Below, in pieces: positions 30,228 through 39,120 of a stretch of 64,000 nt of DNA (the first letter of the stretch is position 1; each line of letters begins with the position of its first letter). Source of the DNA: a virus (taxonomy: Duplodnaviria; Caudoviricetes); the IMG/VR virus record IMGVR_UViG_3300023311_001083, positions 11,886-75,885 of that record; one strand, given 5' to 3'. The notes below the pieces were generated by a model that ran no database searches, was not told the origin of the DNA, and was given only the letters and a program-made list of their open reading frames with translations. Made by a program: the position numbers and the translations under genes.

Positions 30228-31607
30228 TTATAGTTTTTCACCAGGTTCAAATCCTCGAAATCTGCGAAATCTAGGGAATCGTAAACTAAATGTTCCATCT
30301 CGATTTTGTGATATTGAATCAGCACGTATCTCAATGATTCTACCAATTAGATCAGACCCGTCTGGATACTCAGTTTCGGTAATAAGTTCTTTATTTTTCA
30401 CATGTGTCCATTGCACTGGTTTTTTTGTATAATTTGCCCAAATTTGTGCTCGTAATTTAAGGGAATAACCACCACCAACATTTACTGTTATTTGTTTTTC
30501 ATCATCAATACCAGAACATGTTAATGCACCTAGCGTTCCAATTAAATCTTTTTCACCTTCTTCTACTCCAGTAATATCCAATGAAACCTCGATGAATGGT
30601 TTTAATTTCATCCAAGAATATGAACGCTTCAATTCATACAATGCATATGGATCTTTAATCATTATGCCTTCAAATCCACCATCTATTGCAGATTTATTTA
30701 TTTCTTTAAATCTGCAATTACCTTCTAGTGTGTCTAAATCAACCAATTCTTGACCAATCACATCGATGCTTTTAAATGAATGTTGTGATACCCAATCACG
30801 AAGATACATTGACCGTTCACTCTGATTTAAGGTTGATGATCCATTTTCAAATTCAGATAATGGTAATATATCAAATAATTGAAGTTTTGCATCACTAGTT
30901 TCAACGTCGTCTTTTCGATACAACTGTTTCATCAAATCTTGAAACGATGAACTAACAACTTCTCCATCAAATACCATAGGTTCCGATAACGTGTTAGAAA
31001 CAATAGAGAATTCATTTTTTATGTGAGGGTAATTTATTATTTCCTTTCCGTTACGACTGAATTGATCAACCCTTCCAGTTGGATACACAATAGAAATTAA
31101 CCGAACTCCATCTAATTTAACATCAATTAATTTCTTTCCAACTAAACGATGTTCTTCACCAACAATATCTTTGGCTAATTGGACTGTAAACACTGGGACG
31201 GAATATTGTGGACAAAGTTTTTTTACAGCATTATTAACCGTTTTTTCACTTACACCACAACGTAAATCTTTTATTAGTATCCTTCTATACCAATTGTTCC
31301 ATTCAGCGCGAGTAGCTGTTTTTAGACACAATTCAATGGCATTTCTAGCATCGTTTCCAGTTAGTTCACGGTTTTGCAATTGTTCAACCAGTTTGAAAAA
31401 AACTGCTGAGGGCAATCCTTGACCATCTGGACCACCGTGAACTGGGACTTGTTTAACCCCGAATGAAATTAACGAATCTAATGCTAGTTTAACACCTTGA
31501 AAGAAATCATCATTTTTTGATCCAGCTTCTTGCTTTATCAATGTCTCTTTGGCTATTCTACTATTGTCAGATTCTAACGCTGTTATTACATCCCATGGTT
31601 TTCTCAT
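30228..31607 (-). CDS. lig: ATP-dependent DNA ligase
   Basis: VKLDGVR, VFDGE, FEGIMIK, WMKLKP, LRFPRF. Confidence 0.92.
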   Translation of the reverse strand: MRKPWDVITALESDNSRIAKETLIKQEAGSKNDDFFQGVKLALDSLISFGVKQVPVHGGPDGQGLPSAVFFKLVEQLQNRELTGNDARNAIELCLKTATRAEWNNWYRRILIKDLRCGVSEKTVNNAVKKLCPQYSVPVFTVQLAKDIVGEEHRLVGKKLIDVKLDGVRLISIVYPTGRVDQFSRNGKEIINYPHIKNEFSIVSNTLSEPMVFDGEVVSSSFQDLMKQLYRKDDVETSDAKLQLFDILPLSEFENGSSTLNQSERSMYLRDWVSQHSFKSIDVIGQELVDLDTLEGNCRFKEINKSAIDGGFEGIMIKDPYALYELKRSYSWMKLKPFIEVSLDITGVEEGEKDLIGTLGALTCSGIDDEKQITVNVGGGYSLKLRAQIWANYTKKPVQWTHVKNKELITETEYPDGSDLIGRIIEIRADSISQNRDGTFSLRFPRFRRFRGFEPGEKL

Positions 31608-31615
31608 TTGTTACC

Positions 31616-32200
31616 CTATTTTCGCTTTGTAATTATCTCATCAGCTAATCCGAAATCAATAGACTCTTGTGCATTTAAGAAACAATCACGAGTCATTGCT
31701 TGTTTAAATTCTTCAAAAGTTTTTCCTTTAGTATTATGCTTGACGTACATCTCTGTTAATGTGTTATTCAAACGAATCATTTCTTCCATTTGAATTTCAG
31801 CATCCCAAACTGTGCCTCTATGGCCACCGGAAACTGAATGAATCATATGTCGGCTTGTAGGCAGCATGAATCGTTTTCCAGGTGTTCCAGCATTTGCTAA
31901 AAAGCTACCCATGCTACATGCTTGTCCCATAACAATGGTCGAAACATCTGGTTTTATAAATTGTATAGTATCATAAATTGCTAATCCAGCAGTTACTTCT
32001 CCACCAGGTGAATTAATATATAGGTAAATATCTTTATTGGTATCTTCTGATTCTAAGTATAGTAATTGTGCCACTACTACATGTGACATTTCAGTACTAA
32101 CTCCACCATTCAAAAAAATTACTCTATCGTTAAGCATTCTTGAAAAGATGTCAAACGCCCTATCTCCTTTTGGAGTTTGTTCTACAACCATTGGTATCAT
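31616..32200 (-). CDS. clpP: Clp protease proteolytic subunit
   Basis: [21 protein letters not shown] (Ser), MIH (His), RDCFL (Asp). Confidence 0.95.
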   Translation of the reverse strand: MIPMVVEQTPKGDRAFDIFSRMLNDRVIFLNGGVSTEMSHVVVAQLLYLESEDTNKDIYLYINSPGGEVTAGLAIYDTIQFIKPDVSTIVMGQACSMGSFLANAGTPGKRFMLPTSRHMIHSVSGGHRGTVWDAEIQMEEMIRLNNTLTEMYVKHNTKGKTFEEFKQAMTRDCFLNAQESIDFGLADEIITKRK

Positions 32201-32226
32201 GTGTATTTATTCCTATGTTATTAAAA

Positions 32227-32559
32227 TTACGGATGTCCTGCCCATTTACCAGCAAAACAATGTCTTACTTCATGACCCATTGTATGATAATTTACCGTAT
32301 GCTTAGTGTAAATTATACATGAATGACCAAATAATGATCTATTCCAAAATGAACATGCACGCATTTTATATTTAAAATTAGGCATGCCACGTTTACTAGC
32401 TTCAAAAGTACATGTTTTTTCTATATCATCAACTTGTATCCAAGTGACTGATGTAGAGTTAGTCATATTATGTTCTGCATTAAATGTATCTGTAGGAGAT
32501 TCATCATATGCAAACGCAAGACTCGATGTTAACAGTAAAAGTGCAAATATATATTTCAT
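32227..32559 (-). CDS. Secreted protein with HExxH motif
   Basis: Signal peptide; MGHEVRHC. Confidence 0.5.
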   Translation of the reverse strand: MKYIFALLLLTSSLAFAYDESPTDTFNAEHNMTNSTSVTWIQVDDIEKTCTFEASKRGMPNFKYKMRACSFWNRSLFGHSCIIYTKHTVNYHTMGHEVRHCFAGKWAGHP

Positions 32560-32589
32560 AAGTTTTTCTCAGTTGTTAAATTAATGTGT

Positions 32590-32618
32590 ATTATAAGTTA
32601 TTTCTTTATATCTGTCAA
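32590..32618 (-). promoter_or_regulatory. Consensus sigma70-type promoter
   Basis: TTGACA-17 nt-TATAAT. Confidence 0.75.
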
Positions 32619-33151
32619 TAATGCATCATTGGTTCAATTAATAGTAATTCTTCAATGATATCGTCTAGCAGTGATACTATTTTTCCAGTAGCATCATAAC
32701 CTACATCTTTTATACGGCCAGTTATTCCTGTTGGATTACCGTGACGGTGACCATGAAGCATTAATGCACCACGTTCACAATTTTTGTGATCAAATATAGG
32801 ATAATGACACATTACTATTTTTTGATCATTATATTTTACATCTAGCAACTGATGTATAGATTCAAAACAATCTCTAAAAGTTTGTTTTCTTAACAATCCA
32901 CTATCATGATTACCAAATACTAAAATTTTTTTACCATTAAGTTGTGATATAACTTCTACTGCATTATTTGGGCTAGAAAAAGAAATATCACCAAGGATAT
33001 ATGTTAAATCGTCAGGATTTACAATATCGTTCCATTGTTTAATCATTTCTAAGTTCATATGAACAATATCTGTATATGGTCGTGTTTCTGGACAAAATCT
33101 AATTATTGATTTATGTGAAAAATGTAAATCTGAAGTTATGTATGTGTTCAT
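32615..33151 (-). CDS. Calcineurin-like metallophosphoesterase
   Basis: SDLH, LGD, GNHD, LHGH. Confidence 0.85.
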   Translation of the reverse strand: MNTYITSDLHFSHKSIIRFCPETRPYTDIVHMNLEMIKQWNDIVNPDDLTYILGDISFSSPNNAVEVISQLNGKKILVFGNHDSGLLRKQTFRDCFESIHQLLDVKYNDQKIVMCHYPIFDHKNCERGALMLHGHRHGNPTGITGRIKDVGYDATGKIVSLLDDIIEELLLIEPMMHY

Positions 33152-33218
33152 AAAAATGCTCCATCGTTAATATTCAACATATTATACAGATATTTTATAA
33201 AATGTCAATAAATATAAT

Positions 33219-33539
33219 ATGGATTATTATTTAAAACCACCTGACCCTAAGATAATTTATAATAGATTAAAACAATCTGCTAAGAAACGTGGCATAGAAT
33301 TTGATTTATCAGTACATGACATATGGTTGTTAGATATTCCAATAACATGTCCTATTTTAGGAATTCCGTTGAAATGGCACAGGGGTAGTCCACAAGATGA
33401 TAGTGCAAGTTTTGATAGAAAAGATTCATCAAAAGGTTATTCAATTGATAATTTAGAAATTATATCTTTCAAGGCAAATCGAGCAAAGAATAATTTAACG
33501 GAAGAAGAATTGAAGAAATTCAGTCAATATTTTGGATAA
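33219..33539 (+). CDS. Small His-Me finger (HNH-like) endonuclease
   Basis: CPILGIPL...SFDRKDSSKGYSIDNLEIISFKANRAK; opposite strand; TAAATA 33209-33214. Confidence 0.7.
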   Translation: MDYYLKPPDPKIIYNRLKQSAKKRGIEFDLSVHDIWLLDIPITCPILGIPLKWHRGSPQDDSASFDRKDSSKGYSIDNLEIISFKANRAKNNLTEEELKKFSQYFG

Positions 33540-33592
33540 TTATACTTTTTCGGGTGACAGGAAAAGTATTAAACCCCGTGAGAGCAGCCCAT

Positions 33593-33644
33593 TCTGACAT
33601 TTCGCTTCAGCCGATGCGGGATAGCAGATGCTGTCAGACCCGCC
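33593..33644. ncRNA. Candidate pseudoknotted RNA element
   Basis: TCTGACA(33593-99)/TGTCAGA(33632-38) crossed with GCGGG(33616-20)/CCCGC(33639-43). Confidence 0.3.
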
Positions 33645-33652
33645 AAACATAT

Positions 33653-33922
33653 TTAACCAATGCGTTGAATCAAATGATATCCAAATTGTGTTTGAACTGG
33701 TTCACTAACTTTTCCAATTTCCAATGCAAATGCTGCATCTTCAAATGGTTTTACCATTTGACCTCTTCCAAAAGGACCTAAATCCCCACCATTTGCACCA
33801 CTTGGGCATTTACTATGTGATTTAGCTAGTTGAGTGAATAATGATCCTTCATCTAACTGTGATTTAATTTTTTGAATTTCTTCAAACGTTTCTACTAAAA
33901 TATGTCTTGCGTTTACTTGCAT
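33653..33922 (-). CDS. ppiC: Parvulin-type peptidyl-prolyl isomerase
   Basis: ARHILV, SKCPSGANGGDLG.FGRGQMVKPFEDAAF, TQFGYHLI. Confidence 0.92.
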   Translation of the reverse strand: MQVNARHILVETFEEIQKIKSQLDEGSLFTQLAKSHSKCPSGANGGDLGPFGRGQMVKPFEDAAFALEIGKVSEPVQTQFGYHLIQRIG

Positions 33923-34170
33923 TATTTTTCTCCTTTCTCTTTTATAAAATCTCTATATGCCCATTTCAATGGTAATATTACCATATACCCTATAACGTTT
34001 ATACCACACAATCCTAAAAACAAACCAATAAAAAATAATGCCACATGTTTAAATGTTTCAAGATCAAGAATTAAATAAGATACTTCTAGTATTAAAAGAC
34101 TGACAATTATTACAGATCCAATTAAATTTTTCTTTATTAACCAAATAATAAATTCTAAAATATTTCTCAT
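33922..34170 (-). CDS. Membrane protein
   Basis: Two hydrophobic segments. Confidence 0.55.
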   Translation of the reverse strand: MRNILEFIIWLIKKNLIGSVIIVSLLILEVSYLILDLETFKHVALFFIGLFLGLCGINVIGYMVILPLKWAYRDFIKEKGEK

Positions 34171-34730
34171 AAAATTTTCTCATTAACCAATGTTTCAACA
34201 ATATTCTCTGGAAGTTCGATAGTGATTTTAATATTTAATTCCAACAATTGATCTTTAATGGTTTGTTTTTTTCTTTTCATTAATTGGACATTATCTGAAA
34301 ACACACCTATATCATCTTTTGAATATATACCAGATTCAATATAATCTTTATGATAATAGTTGCCTTCTTGGTCTTTTAATTTCTTTAAAGTTCCAGTTAA
34401 TACTTCATCAGGTAATTTTACTGGACTTGACGCTAATGAAGAATATTGAAGCATCATTTTTTCTAATGATGCAGATTTAGCTAATAACTCATTTATCCCA
34501 GCTGTATGATTAGCATTTCCAATAGATATACGAATGTATTCCAACGCATAAAATAAATTTTTTATACGCTCGCTATTTTTTAGATTTTCTTTTTTGATTT
34601 CATCAAATAGTGTTTCAGTATTTTGAAAAATATTAACATTAGTAGATGTAATAATTGGAATTGATTTTAACAATTCGTTGATTGCTATTTGAATAGCTGC
34701 AGATTTTCGGAGTGAAATTGTTAGGCTCAT
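34167..34730 (-). CDS. Hypothetical helical protein
   Basis: 187-aa ORF with long structured leader. Confidence 0.55.
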   Translation of the reverse strand: MSLTISLRKSAAIQIAINELLKSIPIITSTNVNIFQNTETLFDEIKKENLKNSERIKNLFYALEYIRISIGNANHTAGINELLAKSASLEKMMLQYSSLASSPVKLPDEVLTGTLKKLKDQEGNYYHKDYIESGIYSKDDIGVFSDNVQLMKRKKQTIKDQLLELNIKITIELPENIVETLVNEKIL

Positions 34731-34759
34731 AATATTCTCTTTGTTAAATTAAACAGTAG

Positions 34760-34972
34760 GTAAAAAGATCGAGTAATATACTCAGACAAATTACAATATA
34801 CAAAACACAATATACAAAACACAATGAACGCATATTCCCAAAAAACAAATTACAAAGTCAATTAATTTGGATCACGCGTTATATCGCCATGCCACTGCCG
34901 TTACACAGCAGTATTTTGTAGTATATCCTCTTTTATCTTTTTACTTTACCGGGTGCTTTAATTTAAAGCACC
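34760..34972 (-). promoter_or_regulatory. Structured 5' leader with tandem repeat
   Basis: GTAAAAAGAT/ATCTTTTTAC long-range stem, ACTGC/GCAGT and GGTGCTTT/AAAGCACC hairpins, 14-nt tandem repeat at 34793-34825; TTGACT-16-TATAAT upstream. Confidence 0.4.
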
Positions 34973-34991
34973 AAAACCTTATTATACACGA

Positions 34992-35408
34992 TTAATAAAT
35001 TAAGTCAAGTATTTTTTCATACCATTTATCAAAATTATGATCAATTATTCTAATATCATATTTTTTTGGTGGAGTAAATAAAATATTAGTATCTGGATAT
35101 CTACCACTACTAATAGTATCAACCCATATCAATACATCTGGGTTGATTATTTCTCTAAATTCTTCTAATGGTGCAACCATATCAATTATGGTATGTACTG
35201 ATTCAGAAGAATCTGCGAGATTTTTCATACGATGTGCTTGTCTAAATCGCCCTTCATATGAAAAATCCCAATCATCTAAATGTTCTCTTACTTTATCAGC
35301 ATTATACCAATTTACAGTAACATTGCTACTCATTAATAATGATGCTAGTTTTTCAGCAAGATTTGTTTTTCCTGAGCCAGGAAGCCCCATTATTAAAATT
35401 GTGCTCAT
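34992..35408 (-). CDS. Adenylylsulfate-kinase-like P-loop kinase
   Basis: GLPGSGKT, NADKVR, DFSYEGRFRQ. Confidence 0.65.
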   Translation of the reverse strand: MSTILIMGLPGSGKTNLAEKLASLLMSSNVTVNWYNADKVREHLDDWDFSYEGRFRQAHRMKNLADSSESVHTIIDMVAPLEEFREIINPDVLIWVDTISSGRYPDTNILFTPPKKYDIRIIDHNFDKWYEKILDLIY

Positions 35409-35596
35409 GCTACTTTACGTTCTCTTTTTTCTAAAACTAAAATTCTAGATCTAACCCTGGCCTTTGCTTTCTTTGATGATGCTTTTTCAAACATATCTCT
35501 CAACTGGGTTAAATTAAAAGATTTTAATCTAATTTTACCATTTCTAGTTAACGCTGGCGTGCAGCGTGGTCTATTTGCTTTACTAATTGTTGCCAT
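35405..35596 (-). CDS. Small basic protein
   Basis: 63 aa, Arg/Lys-rich. Confidence 0.55.
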   Translation of the reverse strand: MATISKANRPRCTPALTRNGKIRLKSFNLTQLRDMFEKASSKKAKARVRSRILVLEKRERKVA

Positions 35597-36036
35597 TATT
35601 CACCTATTTCGTCAGTTGTTGTGATGGGTTGAGTATTTAAGAATTCTTCTTCTTCAGCTGCATTAAAAAACCACCGTCCGTACTTTTCAATTTGTTCTCT
35701 TCTTACATCAATAGATGGGCCTGGTGAAATTGCCATCAACTCTAAATCAGGATATTGATTCTTTGCTTGATCCAATGCTTCATCTGCGGTGCAATCCGAG
35801 TAATATCCATAAATGCGTTTATTAGCATCATGTTTATCCACAAACATTGCCATATACTCACGTACTAACCCATCATAATTTTTATTTTCCATATCTGTAT
35901 CCATTATGCTAATATCGTCAACAGTCTCTTGTTGATCGGTTTCTTCTTTCTTTTTACTAAAAATTGCATCCCAATTAGCGGCAAATTTTTCACTTGATAC
36001 GCTTTTAGGTCTTGCTCTACTTCCTTTTCCTGCCAT
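35596..36036 (-). CDS. Hypothetical protein
   Basis: AGGAG RBS; basic N-terminus MAGKGSRARP. Confidence 0.55.
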   Translation of the reverse strand: MAGKGSRARPKSVSSEKFAANWDAIFSKKKEETDQQETVDDISIMDTDMENKNYDGLVREYMAMFVDKHDANKRIYGYYSDCTADEALDQAKNQYPDLELMAISPGPSIDVRREQIEKYGRWFFNAAEEEEFLNTQPITTTDEIGE

Positions 36037-36045
36037 ATTTTCTCC

Positions 36046-36114
36046 TTATTTTTGTCTTCTACGTAATGCTCTTCTAGCTGCTGCTTGTGTTGATGTTTTT
36101 GCACGATATGCCAT
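36046..36114 (-). CDS. 22-aa Arg-rich peptide (not in ORF track)
   Basis: MAYRAKTSTQAAARRALRRRQK; TTGACA-17-TATACT promoter upstream; stop abuts RBS of next gene. Confidence 0.5.
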   Translation of the reverse strand: MAYRAKTSTQAAARRALRRRQK

Positions 36115-36193
36115 GATATTTCTCTCTGTTAGTTAATGTAAGATATTAGTATATATTAAAAGACATATAATGTCAAATATTTATATGCACTAA

Positions 36194-36574
36194 TTAATCG
36201 GTAAAATAATCTATTGAACAACCACATTCTCCATCTTCACTTATATCAATATTAATATAACGGTTAGGATATTTTAAATTAATCTGTTCGTATAGATCAT
36301 TAGCAATCATTTCGCATGATTTATAATTTAAATCAAGTATTCCAGTATAAAGTGATTCAAGCCAATTTAAAAATTGATGAAATTCAATTTCTCTATCATC
36401 ATGAAATACTTCAATTGTTACTTTAAATTTAAAAAGATGACGATGTGTATTACTTAAATAACTCACATCACTATATTGAGTGCCAGGTAACGCATCTGGA
36501 AATTTGTGAGTCCCAGATTTATTGAATGTTACCCATATTTTATTAAACTGTTTTATGGTATTTAATTTATTCAT
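36194..36574 (-). CDS. Hypothetical, possibly T-fold (QueD/FolE-related)
   Basis: HRHLF...REIEF...SCE.IA pattern reminiscent of T-fold proteins; inference only. Confidence 0.35.
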   Translation of the reverse strand: MNKLNTIKQFNKIWVTFNKSGTHKFPDALPGTQYSDVSYLSNTHRHLFKFKVTIEVFHDDREIEFHQFLNWLESLYTGILDLNYKSCEMIANDLYEQINLKYPNRYINIDISEDGECGCSIDYFTD

Positions 36575-36631
36575 ATTATACCTCGTTAAAAAGTATATTA
36601 TATATGAATTGTCAAATTAAATCAAGTATTT

Positions 36632-36763
36632 TTACAAATACCACCATGTTGTTTCTATAAAAAAACCACAAAACATAAGCCAAATTAATCCAATATATAA
36701 TAACAAACTTAAACTATATATTAATGTACTCGGTTTTATTTTTTCTTTAATTTTTTCTAACAT
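36632..36763 (-). CDS. 43-aa membrane peptide (not in ORF track)
   Basis: GGAGG RBS; MLEKIKEKIKPSTLIYSLSLLLYIGLIWLMFCGFFIETTWWYL. Confidence 0.5.
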   Translation of the reverse strand: MLEKIKEKIKPSTLIYSLSLLLYIGLIWLMFCGFFIETTWWYL

Positions 36764-36926
36764 ATTTTCCTCCAGGTTATATAGTATATAGTTTTATTAT
36801 ACAGATAGTATAGTTAAAAAACAAGAACTTATAAGTAAAAATACTATCAACAAATAATAAACAATAAAGATTTATTTTTAAATTTATGTCATTAATTTGT
36901 AACAATAGAAAATGATAAATATTACT

Positions 36927-37844
36927 ATGAAAATGAATGAATTATTACTTGAAAGAATTTCAGTATCATCTAATACACAACAGTTGCAGACTGAAATATT
37001 ATCGATTGTTGCTGAAATTAACAATAGAACATATAAACAGTTTAACTTACCTGAAGAAAGTAAACAGTATGGTTTTAAACTTCTTGTATTACTTGATGCA
37101 AAAATTACAAAGTTTTTAACTGATAAAATAAAAGAAATAGCAGATACTCATGTTAAAATTGAATTTTTAGATATGGATAACGAATCTGGATCTGGTGGTT
37201 ATGTATTTGAAGAAAATAAATTAAAATTACATAAAAAGTTATTGACTAATATAGCAAATTGGGCAGCTCATATAAGAACTCAGGCTGCGATGGGTAAAAC
37301 ATCGAACCAACAAATTACAATAAATATGTTAAAAACGGCAATTGCATCATTAGTTAAGATATTTTTACATGAAATAACACATGTAATACAAATAAAATCA
37401 GCTGGTAAACCTTATGAAAAAAGCAAGATTTATAATAAACAGCAAGTTGATGATTATTTGTCTTCATTAAATTTGAAAACGAGAAAACAACAACAAAATT
37501 ATAAAGGTGATAAAGAAGATTTAAATAAGAATAGATTAAATGTTTTCTTAGCTAGAAAAGATTTGAATGATCCTAAAAATGTTGATGTATATTTAGCACA
37601 GCCAGAAGAAATAACTGCTTATGCACAAGAATTAGTTAGTGATTTTGCTTCTAAATTAGTAAATAAATCAAAAACTCAACAGTTAATATCGATAAACAAT
37701 TTTACAAATCAATTAAAAACTAATCAAATACAGCATCCATATTCATTTATGGCAAATAGTGAAGATACAAAATATAAAAATGTATATAGAAGATTTTTAA
37801 AGAGTGTTATGCAAGAATTAGTTGCATTTAAGGAACAACTATAA
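36927..37844 (+). CDS. Putative zincin metallopeptidase with capsid-targeting-like N-terminus
   Basis: MKMNELLLE; FLHEITHVIQ and later YLAQPEEITAYA; TAAATA 5 nt upstream. Confidence 0.55.
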   Translation: MKMNELLLERISVSSNTQQLQTEILSIVAEINNRTYKQFNLPEESKQYGFKLLVLLDAKITKFLTDKIKEIADTHVKIEFLDMDNESGSGGYVFEENKLKLHKKLLTNIANWAAHIRTQAAMGKTSNQQITINMLKTAIASLVKIFLHEITHVIQIKSAGKPYEKSKIYNKQQVDDYLSSLNLKTRKQQQNYKGDKEDLNKNRLNVFLARKDLNDPKNVDVYLAQPEEITAYAQELVSDFASKLVNKSKTQQLISINNFTNQLKTNQIQHPYSFMANSEDTKYKNVYRRFLKSVMQELVAFKEQL

Positions 37845-38289
37845 TTTTATCAAACCCTTCAGCTTCTGTTGGCATTTCTAAATTAGATTTCATTTGATCT
37901 AAAACATGTGTTGGTATAGATTTACCAGGACGATTTAATCTTCTTTTATGTTCTTCTTCATCTGGAGTTGTAAACACGACAGCCACTTTATAGTAATTTA
38001 GAAAATGCTTTAATTTATTAATTCTAGTTTTTGAAGTAATATTAGTTTGATCCCATATCACATCATCTCCAGATGCAACTGCATCAGCCACTTCATCATT
38101 CATCATTTTTGTAGCGTGTGGTATAAATTCAGAAAACACTTCATTATATGTTTTTCCAACTCGTTTAGCATACTCTTCAATGTAATGATCACTGCTAATA
38201 TAACGACAATCATTTGTCCATTGTTGTGATTTAACCCAAGTTGATTTTCCTGAACCTGGTACTCCGATTAAAAAGTAAACAGTACTCAT
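37828..38289 (-). CDS. Polynucleotide-kinase-like P-loop protein (AAA_33)
   Basis: GVPGSGKST, ISSD, IWDQTN. Confidence 0.75.
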   Translation of the reverse strand: MSTVYFLIGVPGSGKSTWVKSQQWTNDCRYISSDHYIEEYAKRVGKTYNEVFSEFIPHATKMMNDEVADAVASGDDVIWDQTNITSKTRINKLKHFLNYYKVAVVFTTPDEEEHKRRLNRPGKSIPTHVLDQMKSNLEMPTEAEGFDKIIVVP

Positions 38290-38483
38290 TGTTTTATTTT
38301 TTCCTTGAAATTTTTAATGGCCACATATCTTTTTAAATATTTTGTAAATGGATGAACATTTTTTATAGGTGCCATACTTGCAAAACTTGATTCTTGAAAT
38401 CTTGAATACCATAATTCGTAATGTTCTGGTTTAATTTCCAAATATTTCATTAAATCTTTTTGTTCTTCGGTAAAAGTATGCAT
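38286..38483 (-). CDS. Hypothetical protein
   Basis: 65-aa ORF, ATGA-coupled. Confidence 0.5.
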   Translation of the reverse strand: MHTFTEEQKDLMKYLEIKPEHYELWYSRFQESSFASMAPIKNVHPFTKYLKRYVAIKNFKEKIKQ

Positions 38484-38535
38484 ATAAATTCCTGTTAAAG
38501 ATACCGGGTAATAATATAATTACCCGGTGTATAAA

Positions 38536-38802
38536 TTATTTAAGTTGTGATGATAAAAATAATTTATCTAACTTATCATTAATATCTTTTAGACTAGCTA
38601 ACGCTTTTTCAGAATGTGATAATGCAGCATTAGCTTGAGCATTTGATGTTGCCAATGATAATTTTGTATTAGATAAATCTGCAGTAATGCTAGACTGAGT
38701 TTTAGATATTGTATCTAGTTGTGTTTGCAATCCTTCGATATCAGAATTTGTAGCACATGCAGTTAACATTAATACAGCAGTAAAAATCATAATTTTCTTC
38801 AT
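38536..38802 (-). CDS. Lpp/OprI-like coiled-coil lipoprotein
   Basis: Lipobox LTAC; heptad Ala/Leu zipper; ends DKLDKLF. Confidence 0.65.
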   Translation of the reverse strand: MKKIMIFTAVLMLTACATNSDIEGLQTQLDTISKTQSSITADLSNTKLSLATSNAQANAALSHSEKALASLKDINDKLDKLFLSSQLK

Positions 38803-39120
38803 TTATTGTTTTCCTATAAGTTAAAGTTTAAAAAATACATCAATAAAGAACTCTTAGAGTTTGGTTTATTTCCATGGCTGCCCAGAGTTACAGCTCTGCT
38901 CTATAGTCCAGCCTTAACATGGTACATATTTGTTCATCAATTTTTAAATATATGCTGTAATCATATATCTAAGATTATTAACATGGTGCATGGTCTATGA
39001 CCAAGAATTATAATAAACTTCCGATCTATTATAATTATGTTAACACCACAAATATGTGTGAGTTCTTTAGTGATAGATTTATTTATCATTCAATAAAATT
39101 ATGATTAAGAATTATATGAG

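Noticed and set aside
30155-30346. 63-aa minus-strand ORF
   Set aside because: Overlaps the ligase 3' end out of frame; the Zn-ribbon ORF at 30022-30195 explains the gap better.
38806-39100. ORF 38806-39000 and other short frames upstream of the lipoprotein gene
   Set aside because: No RBS, TTG start, no recognisable motif; treated as non-coding or decayed.
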